From Octopus sinensis (lineage: Eukaryota): a stretch of DNA of 64,000 bases. The notes below the pieces were generated by a model, which saw nothing but the letters and a program-made list of their open reading frames with translations, searched no databases and was not told where the DNA came from. The DNA lies in assembly GCF_006345805.1 (NCBI RefSeq), contig NW_021833008.1, positions 1-64,000 on the forward strand, written 5' to 3'. Shown piece by piece: positions 1 through 11,836 of the stretch (its first letter is position 1; each line of letters starts with the position of its first letter). The position numbers and the translations under genes were made by a program.

Positions 1-150
1 TATAGCTCCAGATCAACCAAAGCATTCTGAGTAGATGTGGCAGATATAACTGAAAGGCCATCATATATATATATATATATATCTTATGATAAAAGGCAGA
101 TTTTCTCTGCTTGTTACCATGTTCGTATTTAATACAATTCTACAATATAG

Positions 151-605
151 AATTTCTTCAATTGGAATTTACCTATGATTTTTCGAACTAGATTTGATTG
201 GGTCATGGCGTATAAAGTTTTTTCAATTTGACCCCCAATTAAGCAAAAATTCGAGAAAAGTAATATTTTACGATTTGCCTCTCTAATTTCAACTGCTACA
301 CGCCTGCTATTACCACACTTTCTCCTACTTTCTCTTTGCAAGTGTACCTTAAACAGTACTCAAAAAATACAGAGCAAACAGAAACAAATAAATACATAAC
401 GATTTACTCCTCACACAATTTCTTCAATTGGAATTTACCTATGATTTTTCGAAGTACATTCCATTCGGACATGGCATATAAATTTCTTTCAATTTGACCC
501 CCAATTAAGCAAAAATTTGAGAAAACTCAATATTTTACGATTTCCCTCTCTCACTTCAAAGGCTTTACTCCGCCTATTACCACACTTTCTCCTACTTTCT
601 CTTTA
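151..605. repeat. Imperfect direct repeat, two ~190-bp copies, period ~266 bp
   Basis: aatttcttcaattggaatttacctatgatttttcgaa...ccacactttctcctactttctcttt occurs at 151 and again at 417 with scattered substitutions. Confidence 0.85.
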
Positions 606-1301
606 CACACATAGACACGCAAACATATACATATATGACAGTGACAAACACAAACGTTTCAAACAACTACATACAAATACTCAAACACACACACACACAC
701 GTGTGTGTTTGTTATTAGTAAAAAAGGCACCAAACACAATTCACTTTCTCATTCGAACACATTTGCAAACACACAGCAACAATTCACTGACATATGGTGA
801 GTAGATGCTAGCCGCTCACATTAATGAGTTACACTATTACACCAATTGTACTGGGACTGTTGTCTACTTCCCGTTAGTTTTTAGTGTCGAGAAAACAAAA
901 CTTTCTCGAGAAAGAACAAAAAAAACACTCCTAGATTTCACAAAGGACTTTAAGAAACGATAGGAAGTAAGTTCAGTTGAAGAAAAGAGACGGATTTAAG
1001 GAAATCAGACGGTCGAATTAGAATGATAACTCAACAGAAAAGGTAAATTGGTTTTTATTTACTTTCTGTCGCTAAGTTTTCGTAGTATTAATTTGTGAGC
1101 GTACTTCAGTTGTCAATTGTTGAAAGAAAATTGTAAGCTAAGAAGGTGTGTGTGTGTGCGTGTGTGTGTGAGTGTGTGTAGGAAGTGAAGGATAAAAATA
1201 TGGCAAGAAGTGGACAGATGTACATATATATATACATACATCCATACATACATGTGTGTGTGTGTGTGTTTGTATGTATGTGTATTAATGTGTGTGTGTT
1301 A

Positions 1302-1658
1302 TCTCTCTCTATATAAAGCTGAAGTTGTCTGTGTGCGCCAGGTTTGGTAGCCTTCAACTAACACTATCTCCTCCGAGACCCTGCGGCGCAAGTTGACCAA
1401 AATTGAGAGTATGATAGAAGGGTTGCTCTTCCTTCCGTAGAAGATAAAATTCAAATCGGACCATGTTAACACCAAAAATTATTTACATCAAAAAGGTGCA
1501 TTTTTCACTGCTGTGTCGCCACTTTTCGGTGTATTTCAACCACAAAAATGTTCACTTGAAGGGAATAACAAGCTACATAATGCAAAATTTTTACTTTTCA
1601 AAAATTCCAATTCCAGCGGGTCGAAACAAACCTGAGCAACGCCAGGTGATACTGCTAG
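1302..1658 (+). mobile_element. Non-autonomous Helitron
   Basis: 5' TC(TC)n-TATATAAA start; 3' hairpin cctgagcaacgccagg (1631-1646) followed by CTAG at 1655-1658 and then T; no TSD. Confidence 0.8.
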
Positions 1659-1670
1659 TATATATATATA

Positions 1671-2970
1671 AATCCCTTCAGGTAGATGGCTCTGCTCGAT
1701 CTGTAGGAAAGGCATAGGTAGAGACTTTATAAGATGTACCCAGTATAAGCTATGGACACATAAGTGGTTCAGCAATATCAAAGGAAGGCCAACTGGGAAG
1801 ATAGTTTTTGTATTTGGCAGATGCTCAAGAGCAATAAACACTGAAAATATGCAGAGAACAATTTCCGCAACATTCCAGGGAGAAAAACTAGTAGTTGATA
1901 GCTTCCATTACCTAGGTGACCAAGTCAGTAGCGGGGGAAGGTGCGCTGAAAGTGTAGCTGCTAGAATAAGAATAGCCTGGGCAAAGTTCAGAGAGCTCTT
2001 ACCTCTGCTGGTAACAAAGCGCCTCTCGCTCAGAGTAAAAGGTAGGCTGTATGACACATGTGTACGAACAGCCATGCCATACGGCAGTGAAACATGGGCC
2101 ATGACTGCTGATGACATGCATAAGCTGGCAAGGAATGAAGCCAGTATGCTCCAATTGATGTGTAATGTCAGAGTGTAAGTACCTTGAGAGAAAAGTTGGG
2201 CCTAAGAAGCATCAGATGTGGTGTGCAAGAGAGATGACTGCGCTGGTATGGTCATGTGGTGAGAAAGGATGAGGATAGCTGGTATGGTCATGCGTTGCGT
2301 ATGGATAAGGACAGCTGTGTGAAGAAGTGTCATACCCTAACAGTGGAGGGAACTTGTGGAAGAGGTAGACCCAGGAAGACCTGGGATGGGGTGGTGAAGC
2401 ACGACCTTTGAACATTAGGTTTCACTGAGGCAATGACTAGTGACCGAGACCTTTGGAAATATGCTGTGCATGAGAAGACTCGGCAAGCCAAGTGAGACCA
2501 TAACCGTGGCCTATGCCAGGGATATAACCAGCCCACTTATGAGTACCTTTCCTTCACTGGACACTAAACTATGCTTGCAAAGACCTGTTGAGGTAAATGA
2601 AATTGAAATGAAATTGGATGACTGGCATCAGTGCTAGTGGGGCGCTAAGAGCACCATCTGAGCATGATTGTTGCCAGAGCAGCTGACTAGCTTCTGTGCC
2701 GGTGGCACGTAAAAAGCACCATTTGAGCGTAATCATTAGCAGTGTCGCCTTACTGGCACTTGTGCCAGTGACATGTAGAAAAACATTCGAGCGTGGTTGT
2801 TGCCAGTGCCGCCGGACTGGCTCCCATGCAGGTTGCACGTAAAAAACATCATTTGAGCATGGCCATTGCTAGTACCGCCTGAAAGGCCCTCATGTCAGTG
2901 GCACGTAAAAGCATCCACTACACTCTCAGAGTGGTTAGTGTTAGGAAGGGCATCCAGCTGTAGAAACTCT
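1671..2970 (+). mobile_element. 5'-truncated, degenerate RTE-clade LINE (RT C-terminus plus 3' UTR)
   Basis: ORF 1849-2178 [16 protein letters not shown]...[16 protein letters not shown] is nearly identical to the 48188-50161 ORF; 3' UTR motif array at 2630-2970. Confidence 0.92.
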
Positions 2971-3028
2971 GAAATCAGAAATACTAAATTTCTAAATCTC
3001 TCGTAGAGACGTGTACAGTGGTGGGGCG

Positions 3029-3393
3029 ATAGAATGGTTGTATACTGTCAATCTAACATGAACGTGACAGTAGGAGGGGGGGATTTTGATAACCAGTGAA
3101 TAGACTTCACTGAAATTAGAAATATACATTACGAGTCGAGGCAGATATCAATAGCTGACCGGTGTCTGCTAGTCTAGGCCGACAAAGGACAATGATCCTG
3201 AAACACGCGTGTCTCTAGATGCAGCCCTGGCGGCTGGGGGTATTTGTCTCCCCTTCGTAAATGTATATAAGGACACAGGAAAAATGTGTCAAAGCCATCA
3301 GGAGGCGTCGATGCTTCCTAGGGCTAAACAGCGGTGGTGTACCCTCCCCTACTGTCACGTTCATGTTAGATTGACAGTATACAACCATTCTAT
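3029..3393. mobile_element. MITE-like element with 46-bp perfect terminal inverted repeats
   Basis: 3029-3074 atagaatggttgtatactgtcaatctaacatgaacgtgacagtagg is the exact reverse complement of 3348-3393; outer ends carry TA; no convincing ORF inside. Confidence 0.85.
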
Positions 3394-3410
3394 ATATTTA
3401 TATATATATT

Positions 3411-3443
<33 letters not shown>

Positions 3444-3451
3444 TATATATA

Positions 3452-3474
<23 letters not shown>

Positions 3475-3482
<8 letters not shown>

Positions 3483-4418
3483 AACGGCAGTTTGTCTGTC
3501 TGTGTGTCTGTCAGGTTGTACCCTCACCCTGACCACGGCTTTCAACCGATTCTGATGAAACTTGACACACACATAGCCCAATGTCATAATTCAAAACTAA
3601 CCAGCGAAAATTTTGAAAAGTTCCCCCAGTTCTGAAAAAAATCGATAAATTCAACATGGGGTTGAGAATCAGAAACACAAACCACAGACTGTCTAGGGGA
3701 CGCAACTCGACCATTTTAACTCTCAACTCCATCAATATCCAGCTACTTGAAGCTATTCCTGGTGATGTCCACTTCTACAAATCTATTGATAGGACAGCAG
3801 ACCCCACCGAGCTTGCCGATTATCCTGTTGAATTCTGAATTCACTTGAACCGCCAGGCCTGCCGCCACACATCCTGAAGTTAAAAGTCAGTGCGCCCATT
3901 ATGCTCATCAGGAATTTGGTTCCACCTAAACAGTACAACGGCACACGTCTGGTTGTGAAACATTTGCCACCACATTTAATAACGGCCACAATACTTACCG
4001 GTTGTGGGAAGGGAGAGAACGTCTTCATTCCACGCATGCACCTTCAACCGTCGGGCGCTGACCTACCAATCGACTTCAGGCGTTCTCAGTTTCCTGTTAA
4101 ACTCTGCTTCGCAATGTCCATCAATAAATCCCAAGGCCAAACGCTACAAGTTGCTGGGTTACAGTTGGGCGAACAGTGCTTCGCCCACGTTCAAATCTAC
4201 GTGGGCTGTTCACGCGTTGGGAGGCGCAATGATGTTTTCATGTTTTCGCCCAAAGGGACAGCTAGGAACATTGTATACACAGAAGTATTCGAGTGAAGAG
4301 AAGACATTGCAACCTACACATGCACCTTCCTTCCCTAGAGGGAAAGGACTAGATTGGGATTAGTCGTTGCCTACTAGGGGCTCTTACATACCCGGGCAAC
4401 GCCGGGCTATGCTGCTAG
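3475..4418 (+). mobile_element. Composite Helitron: non-autonomous 5' module fused to a helicase C-terminus and 3' terminus
   Basis: 3479-3726 matches the Helitron 5' modules at 52821 and 53849; 3' hairpin cccgggcaacgccggg at 4391-4406; CTAG at 4415-4418. Confidence 0.88.
3725..4296 (+). pseudogene. Helitron Rep/Hel Pif1-family helicase, C-terminal fragment with one frameshift near 3836
   Basis: Translation ...[21 protein letters not shown]...NGTRLVV...[23 protein letters not shown]...[10 protein letters not shown] contains the Pif1 helicase motifs. Confidence 0.92.
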
Positions 4419-4914
4419 TATATGTATTCTGACCAATCAGTGTGTAGCATCACTCAATTACTTAAGCTGATTGGTTGGTTTAGGTGTCACGCTTTGTTGA
4501 ACATGTCAAGAGTCCTGTATCTTAACCTGGCCCAGGTAGCAATTGTTGGGCTATTTTTAGAAATGTTGTAAATAGCCTTTGTCAGGGATTTTTATATTTC
4601 AATTGTCATCATCATCATTGTCAAGACCTTAATTATTGTTGCTTGTGGTGATGGTGGTGGCAATAGAACTTTTAACCCTAAATAAGATAATTTTCCTGCT
4701 ATCTTCATCTGGATCACCTTTAGTATTGTTGTTGTTGTTAGTGGTCATGGTCGTAGCAGTAGAAGTAGTACCTCTAAGTATTATCATTATTATTGCTTAT
4801 TTAGCTTGGGTTCAAATTTATCAATAAAATTCTTTTCTGTCGGAAAATATATATAATATTTCCATTCTACAATTTACACAGCCCAAGTGAAATCGAGAGG
4901 AAAATCAGAGAAAA

Positions 4915-5395
4915 GAAAGACTCAAGAGATTAAGACTGTATTCCTTAGAGCGTAGGCAAGAAAGATATGCCATAATATACATCTGGAAGATCCTGGAAGG
5001 ACTTGTCCCAAACTTTGGCATTGAGAGTTACACAAATACTAGAACTGGGTGTCACTGCATAGTGCCAAGGACTCCAAATTTGCCATCAAGATGTAGGACA
5101 AGATACTGTGATAGCCTGGGCTTTAGGGGTCCACAGCTCTTCAATAGCCTCCCGAAGGACCTGAGAGACCTCCATGGAGTGGATGCAGATGTCTTTAAAA
5201 TAAAACTGGACCTCTTCCTGTCAGGTGTCCCAGATGAACCAACTTCACAGCAGGAAGTGCAGATGAGGGCAGCAGCATCAAACTCTCATGCACCAAATGG
5301 CAATTGCTAAAAAGCATTCGTGAAGTAAAATTATGTAGCAACACTGAATGGCAGTGCCCCAGCATGGCCACAGCTCGTGAGCTGAAACTAGATTT
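4915..5395 (+). mobile_element. CR1-type LINE 3' fragment
   Basis: RLRLYSLERRQERYAIIYIWKILEGLVPN...GPQLFNSLPKDLR...FKIKLDLFLSGVPDEP is a typical CR1/L2-group ORF2 C-terminus. Confidence 0.8.
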
Positions 5396-5744
5396 TATGA
5401 AAAATATATGTATGTATATATATGTGTGTGTGTGAGTGTGCAGTGTGTGTATGTGTGTGTGTTAAAATGAGGTAGATTTCGTGAAGCACTTTGAGGTATG
5501 ATTTAAAGAATGTGGTTGTGTAAAGCCAGAACAATGCCAGAAGGTACAAATTAAACTACAAATGGAAAAGGAAAAAGATCAAAGTTGCAGTTTTACCTTT
5601 TATTTCTATATTTTAGCACGAAGACCCATTCTTCAAGAAATTCAGAAAAGTGGTGGTTGGAAAAAGTGTTGCTTAGAAGTAGTGTGTGTGTGTGGTGGGG
5701 CAGTGAAGGTGGGAAGAAGTGACATGTGCAGGTTGTTGTGCTAT

Positions 5745-6630
5745 AACAACTAGTCTGCTTCGTGTAGTTTCTTCCTGTCATTAATGGCTGGTTTCAATTT
5801 ATTTATAAGGAGGGCTTCCATAATTTTGAGATTACCCCTGTGTGTTAGGTTGCCTTGATGGAAACTTTGAAATTCTGGGTTTAGCACTTCTTGTGGTGTT
5901 TCTTTATCAAAGTGTCTATCTGCATATGCTTGTTTATTTGAATGTGTAGTTTCCTAGTAGTGCTCTCTATGTAGGGTGCCCCACATTTATTGCAGATGAC
6001 CTCATATACTACATGTTTTGATGTCATTGATGGGGCAGTTGGTGAGTGTGCACCCCACAGTGCTCTCTTTGGTATTTTTCCTTGATAGAGCTTTCTTCAG
6101 GGATAGACCGGTGTGTACCAGCTGTATGTAAGTCTCTCCCTGCGGATGGCATGTTGGATAGCTGCTGATGTTCTGTCTTCAAAGTAGGGCAGTCTAAGGA
6201 AGCACGTTCTGATCTGATGTTTTGGGCTCTGTGTGTAGTTTACCCACTTTCATGATTCACAGAGGCAGTCTTTTAGCTGTTGATGGTGGATAGCCATTGC
6301 ATGCTAAGTTCTTGAGGAACCGCTTCATGCTGATGGCTTTGTCACTTACTTCACTGCATCTGTCCCTTATGCATGTTATTTCATTTTGTATGTGTGCAGT
6401 TTTGGCTCTGGTGGATTGGGCCGAATCATAATGCATGAATAGATTCCTAGTCATGCTCCTTTTGTAAAGATTCATGTGGATGTAACCATCCTCTGTGATC
6501 TTGATTTGAAATCCAACAGAGAGAGGGTTCCAGACTTGTCTGGGTGTTCATTTTCAAATTTATGTGACTGTCAATGTAGTTGAATTTTTTATGTATGCAA
6601 TATACTCCTTCCTGTGAAGGGGTGAACATC
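5745..6630 (-). mobile_element. Penelope-like element, degenerate (RT C-terminus plus GIY-YIG endonuclease)
   Basis: Minus-strand RNLFMHYDSAQ...NEITCIRDRCS...LACNGYP, then VVYEVICNKCGAPYI(E)STTRKL and EALLINKLKPAIN. Confidence 0.8.
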
Positions 6631-6692
6631 TCACATTATTCCATCTTTACTCAACTACATTCTTTAAATACATATGGATATATATATATATA

Positions 6693-7550
6693 CTAGCTGA
6701 CATTCCCGGGAAAGTGGGGCTTGTCCCTTTGTTCCATTCTCATAATTGTTTCGCTAATCCAATAACAGCAATACAAAGTATCAGTCTTACACAGCATCTT
6801 GTTTTTAGGAATTCCCAATAAGTTATGAATTCCCAAATTGTGAAGTCAGTTATGTAATAACATGAAATTAATTACCTGATAGTAAGAATTCAAGTAAAGT
6901 ATCCCTGAAAATGGCTTTAATACATTCCTAAATTATATAGAACATAGGAGAAAATATTAATAAGGTATGTATACTAAAATCATGAAGCATGTTACATAAG
7001 AACAGGCTAATCATATATGAGATGATAACAATTCAAAATTAAGCAACTCTGCAAATGGCTTTTGTATGTTCCCAGAGAATATTACCCTCAGGGGCACTAG
7101 TGTTGGTATATTCGTGAATAATTCACTAATTGAATTAAGTAGATCTATTGTATAGGAAAATACTATTTACTTGTTATAGGTTGTACTAGATAAATTGCGA
7201 AAATAACTCTGTCGGTTCTAATACTAAGAAATAAGCATACTCAATTTCCTTTTGCTAAATAATTTAGGAAATGAAAGGGTTATTTCTCTTGGCTATAAAT
7301 AAGGACCCCTTCCAGGGGCAAATGGGTTATTTTCCCTTGGTTTTTAAAATAGAATATATTAGATATATATAAGGATCACTTCCAGGGACCCTATTATCGA
7401 TTTTGCAACAATCTGAGGGTGCCATGAGGTTTTCAGACATGTGTTTTACTCTCATGTCAAGTTTTATCAAAATTGATAAAACTATGTAGGAGGAGTTAGC
7501 TAACAACTCCACAAACACACCCACAGACAGAATTTCCCACATATGTAGTA
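6693..7550 (-). mobile_element. Non-autonomous Helitron, copy 1 of a head-to-tail pair
   Basis: CTAG terminus at 6693-6696 next to a GC-rich hairpin-like segment; 6730-7095 is paralogous to 7590-7995. Confidence 0.7.
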
Positions 7551-7995
7551 CTAGCTGAAGTACTCAGTAATTCCTTGGAAATCGGGGATTATCCCATGGT
7601 TCCATTCTCATAATTGTTTTGCTTACCCAATAACAATAATACAAAGTATGTAACCGTTAAAACGTTTTTTGTGCATTTATTGAGAATACCAAACTGTCTT
7701 ACACCGGATTCTGTTTTTAGGAATCCCAAATTTTGAAGGCAGTTATGTAATAACATGAAATTAATTACCCGATAGTAAAATTTCAAACAAAGTAGCCCCA
7801 AAATGGCTTTAATACATTCCCAGAGTATATAGAACTTAAGAGGAAACACTAATAAGGTATGTATACTAAAATCATGAAGCATGTTATGTAAGGACAGGCT
7901 AATCAGATAGGAGATAATAACAATTCAAAGTAAATAACTCTGAAATAAGCTTTTGTGCATCTGCAGAGAATATTACCCTTAGCGGCGCTAGTGTT
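7551..7995 (-). mobile_element. Non-autonomous Helitron, copy 2 (3' half only)
   Basis: CTAG at 7551-7554 abuts the 5' tip of copy 1; homology to copy 1 ends at ~7995 where mariner sequence begins. Confidence 0.68.
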
Positions 7996-10320
7996 TACTT
8001 CGCAAGTTGTGAAATTTGTGTTTTTGTGATCATGTTTGTGCTATAGTTTGCAATTTTGTCATAAACTGAAAGTTGGAACCAAGGGCCAATCTGAAATTTT
8101 GCATTAAACTTGGGAAGTCTGCTACAGAGACATTGATCATGCTTTGGCAATCTTACGGCGATGAGGCAATAAGTCGTATGCAAAGTTTCAAGTAGTGTGG
8201 GTGCTTCAAAAGTGGAAGAACATCCTAGGAGATAGGGAGCAATCTGGGTGACCTACCATGAATGTCAGCCTGTAAATTCATCAGTTTGTGCATGAGGATC
8301 ATCTGAAGAGAACAACATTGCTGATGCTGGTTTGTCATATTGGTTCATCGAGGCAATCCTAACATCTGAATTGAACATGTAGTGTGTCTTTGCCAAGTTT
8401 GTTCCCTGCCTGCTGACTACTGAACAGAAAGAACATCATGTCAAAGTCTGTCAAGATCTCCATTGGCATGCCACTGATGACTCATCCTTTACATCAAGGA
8501 TCATCACCGGTGATAAGAGTTGGGTCTATGGGTACAACCCTGAGATGAACCAACCATTATCCCAATGGAAGAGGCCTTCATCACCATGACCAAAGAAGGC
8601 ATGACAGAGCTACAGCTCAATCAAGAGCATGCTCATTGTTTTTTCAACATAACCAGTATTGTGCATAAAGAATTCATCCCCCAAGGCCAGACAGTCAATG
8701 TAGAATTTTACTGCGATGTTGTGAAGCATTTGAGGGAGGACATTCGCCGAAAGCAACCAGATCTTTTGAGCACACAGAAGTTGATTCTTCATGATGACAA
8801 TGCTCCTTATCTGAGTTCCTTGCCAAAAACAACATGGTATCACTCTCACACTTGCCCTATTTGCCAGGTTTAGCATTTACAGACTGCCATCTCTTTGCCA
8901 AGGTAAAAATTCAGCTCAAAGGTTGCCATTTTAACACTATTGTCATGATCAAGAGTGAATCACAGAAAGTCCTCGACTCGCTTACAGAAAATGACTTCCA
9001 GGCCAAATTCCAATAGTGGCAGGAATGCTGGGATCAGTGTATTGCTGTGCAAGATGACTTTTTCAAAAGAGATGCTGTTAAAACTTAAGTAAACAAGTTA
9101 TTTTTTTATTAAAGACTAGCAGTGTAGCCCGGCTTTGCCCGGGATTAAGTTAGGATTATTAAGCTAATCAAGTTCTTTATTTCAAACCAAACTAAGTAAC
9201 ATCGATGTCATATTTGAGCGAAATCTGTTGAAATTGATAAACTTTTGGTTGAAAATGAGTTGCAGATGACTTGATTGGGAAATCCCATAAGGAATCGGTT
9301 TATTGATTTTTTTTCAACTCATCGATTTTTTTCATTTTCGGTTTTGGAGAACTTAGAGCATTCAAAGATCCCATGACTCCTAAGTAATGCTGGCATCAAG
9401 TTTGAACAAAATACATAAAATTGGTAAAAGTTATGGTTGAAAATGGGGTGTAGCCATTTTATTGGGAAATCCTATAAGGAATCGGTTTATCGATTTTTTT
9501 TTGATTTATTTTATCCTGATTAAATGGAAAACCCCATAAGGAATCAGTTAATTGGTTTTTCATCCCAAATAGGACTTAACCGAACACAATATTGTTGATT
9601 CAAAAAATAAATATTTATACTTTAAAGTTGGTTTTCACACCCAACTCAGTTCTGCAGAATCGGTGTCGTGATGGGAGCGCATGGATTGATCAGGCTGCAC
9701 ATGCACATGTGATCAGGTTGCACATGCCAGCCCTTTGAAAACACCACCCCCATCATCTAACCCCCCTTTGCCCATGGGTTGGAAGCCTTCCAGCAAGGAA
9801 AATAGAATGCCCAAAAGAGCTCCCGCTCCTCTGTTTCAGAAGTGATTACATTCAGATCACAACTAAGTCTTAAGAATATATATATATATACAACACACAC
9901 GATCATACACATATTGCATACATGTGTTTTGTTTGGATACATGTTCGTGTGTGTGTGTATGTGTGTGTGGTGTGTGTTGCCGTATATCGACAAAATACTT
10001 AACAAAAGTTTTAACAAAAACTTACTCATAGCTAGAAGGGGACTTAACTCCTGTTGTAAACAAAGGTGGATTTCTCCGACTTGAAAATTGCTAAAAGTTT
10101 TGGCTGAAAATTCATTTTTACCACTATGCTGGTGCCGCTGGGAAAAATATGTGATGAAAATACAGCTAGGGTCATGACGAATGTCCTAAAATTGGAGCGA
10201 CATGCATGCTAATTTGAGGACATGCATAAATTACATCCACACACACACACACACACACACATCATACCTTTTATATATACAGATAACTACTCTGGGAACT
10301 TTTTAATACCATTCCCTACC
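7996..10320 (+). mobile_element. Degenerate mariner (DD34D) transposon, interrupted by a Helitron at 9116-10283
   Basis: QRANLKFCIKLGKSATET; IITGDKSWVYGYNP; LILHDDNAP; HLPYLPGLAFTDCHLF; mariner-type terminal sequence ctgggaactttttaatacc resumes at 10292. Confidence 0.88.
9116..10283 (-). mobile_element. Complete non-autonomous Helitron (1168 bp)
   Basis: Minus strand starts TCTGTATATATAAAA (10283) and ends cccgggcaaagccgggctacactgCTAG (9116); inserted between A and T; paralogue at 30030-30743. Confidence 0.88.
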
Positions 10321-10344
10321 TTTTAATATTCTCATTGTCTTTAA

Positions 10345-10570
10345 GGTGGTGAACTGGCAGACTCATTAGCACACTGAACAAGATGTTTTGTGGCATTTTG
10401 TCCAGCATTACATTCTCAGTTCAAATTCCACTGAGGTTGAGACTTTGCCTTTCATCCTTTCCAGGTCAATAAAATAAGTACTAGTTTAGTATGTGATCAA
10501 CTTATTCCCTCCTAGTTTAGTATGTGATCAACTTATTCCCTCCTCCGAAATTCCTGGCCTTGTACCAAAA
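10345..10570 (+). mobile_element. tRNA-derived SINE (family A), degenerate
   Basis: A-box-like tggcagactc and B-box-like gttcaaattcc, then ctttgcctttcatcc...aataaaataagtac; paralogue at 12050-12260. Confidence 0.7.
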
Positions 10571-11106
10571 TTTGAAATCAATATTTTCATCGTCTTCTTC
10601 ATCATTCTGTCCGCTGTTAATTTTTGCCCAATTAAATATATTAAATAAAATCTTTTAAATTTTAAAACTAAATGTAAATACAAATACAGATTTCACAGAA
10701 AATAGAACAAAATGGTAATCATCTGTGTTATTTAAATAAAGTTCAGGAACCGAATATCTCTTCATATTTGAATGTCTGATTTCACATCCTAAAGTAGGTG
10801 TGTGCTTCTGATTGACATGTTTCTTTTACATTTCTCCTGATCATATGATATGATTATAATATTTGAGACATTGACAGAAAGTTGATGCCTTAGGCATTAT
10901 CTATGATACATGGGTGTGATTCCTCTTCTCTCTGAAATATTCTCTGTACATGTATTCACATTTAATTTTAAATTATACTTTAAAACAAATTTTTCAATTA
11001 ATCCTCTTATTTCAAGTTGTTGTCTTGCATTAGAAAAATTACTTCTAGGAATAACAAGGTAGCTATTAAATGATTTATATGTGTTTTATATTTTCATTTC
11101 CTTCAG

Positions 11107-11377
11107 TTTCTCTTGGAATAATTGAGGGTGGCACAAAATTTACCAGGAAGAATCAACCAGTAACTTTTGAATGTCCTGTTGAAAAGCAAAACTTTAAACA
11201 CTGGCAAATGATGATGGAACAGTCATTAACAGAATTTATAATACTTAAGCATTAAAGCAAATGTGTTTCCTAACAATGTCAGCATCATAAACATCACACT
11301 TCTTGAAAATAATGAGCAAGCAATTGTTTGTGAAATCACCACTGATAAGATAAGATTTTATGCAAGACCATTATTCA
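11107..11377 (+). CDS. Putative host exon encoding an Ig-like domain (frameshifted)
   Basis: Acceptor ttttcatttccttcag ends at 11106; donor gtaagt starts at 11378; both phase 1. Translation has PVTFECPVEKQNFKHW and NNVSIINITLLENNEQAIVCEI. Length of 271 nt is 3n+1. Confidence 0.5.
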
Positions 11378-11765
11378 GTAAGTACAAATATAAATCATTT
11401 GTATGTATTTTCCTGTTAATATTAATCTATTATGACCATGAAGAAAGTATATTTCTATAAACACTAACTTTGAGTTTCATTCAATTCACAAAATGTTGTA
11501 ACAAACTAATACTGCCAATAATACATTGAAAGAATGTTCATTTTAATACATGATGAAGATGATGATGATTTTTCTTCTCTGTATTTTATCCTATATATGT
11601 TGTTCTATCAGTATTTACATGTTGAAAAATATATCTTTCCTTGTACTACAAAACATTCAGTGCTACAAAAACAAACTTGTTTGTTTACATATGACAAAAT
11701 CTGTATTGCATCTAGCGTTTCTGGATGACTTATAAGTTCTAAATTGCAGAAGAATTTGTCAGTAA

Positions 11766-11836
11766 ACCAGTTTAGCTTAATGGTAAAGCACTTGACTGGA
11801 AATCAAAGGGATGTGAGCTTGATTCCCATGGCTGGT
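11766..11836 (+). pseudogene. tRNA-like cloverleaf (degenerate tRNA or SINE head), anticodon loop reads GGA
   Basis: Acceptor accagtt/ggctggt; D stem gctt/aagc with tggt loop; anticodon stem ttga/tcaa with loop ctggaaa; T arm gtgag-cttgatt-cccat is degenerate. Confidence 0.55.

Noticed and set aside
4432-4477. Small inverted repeat accaatcag/ctgattggt with CCAAT boxes
   Set aside because: Only 9 bp, with no other promoter evidence.
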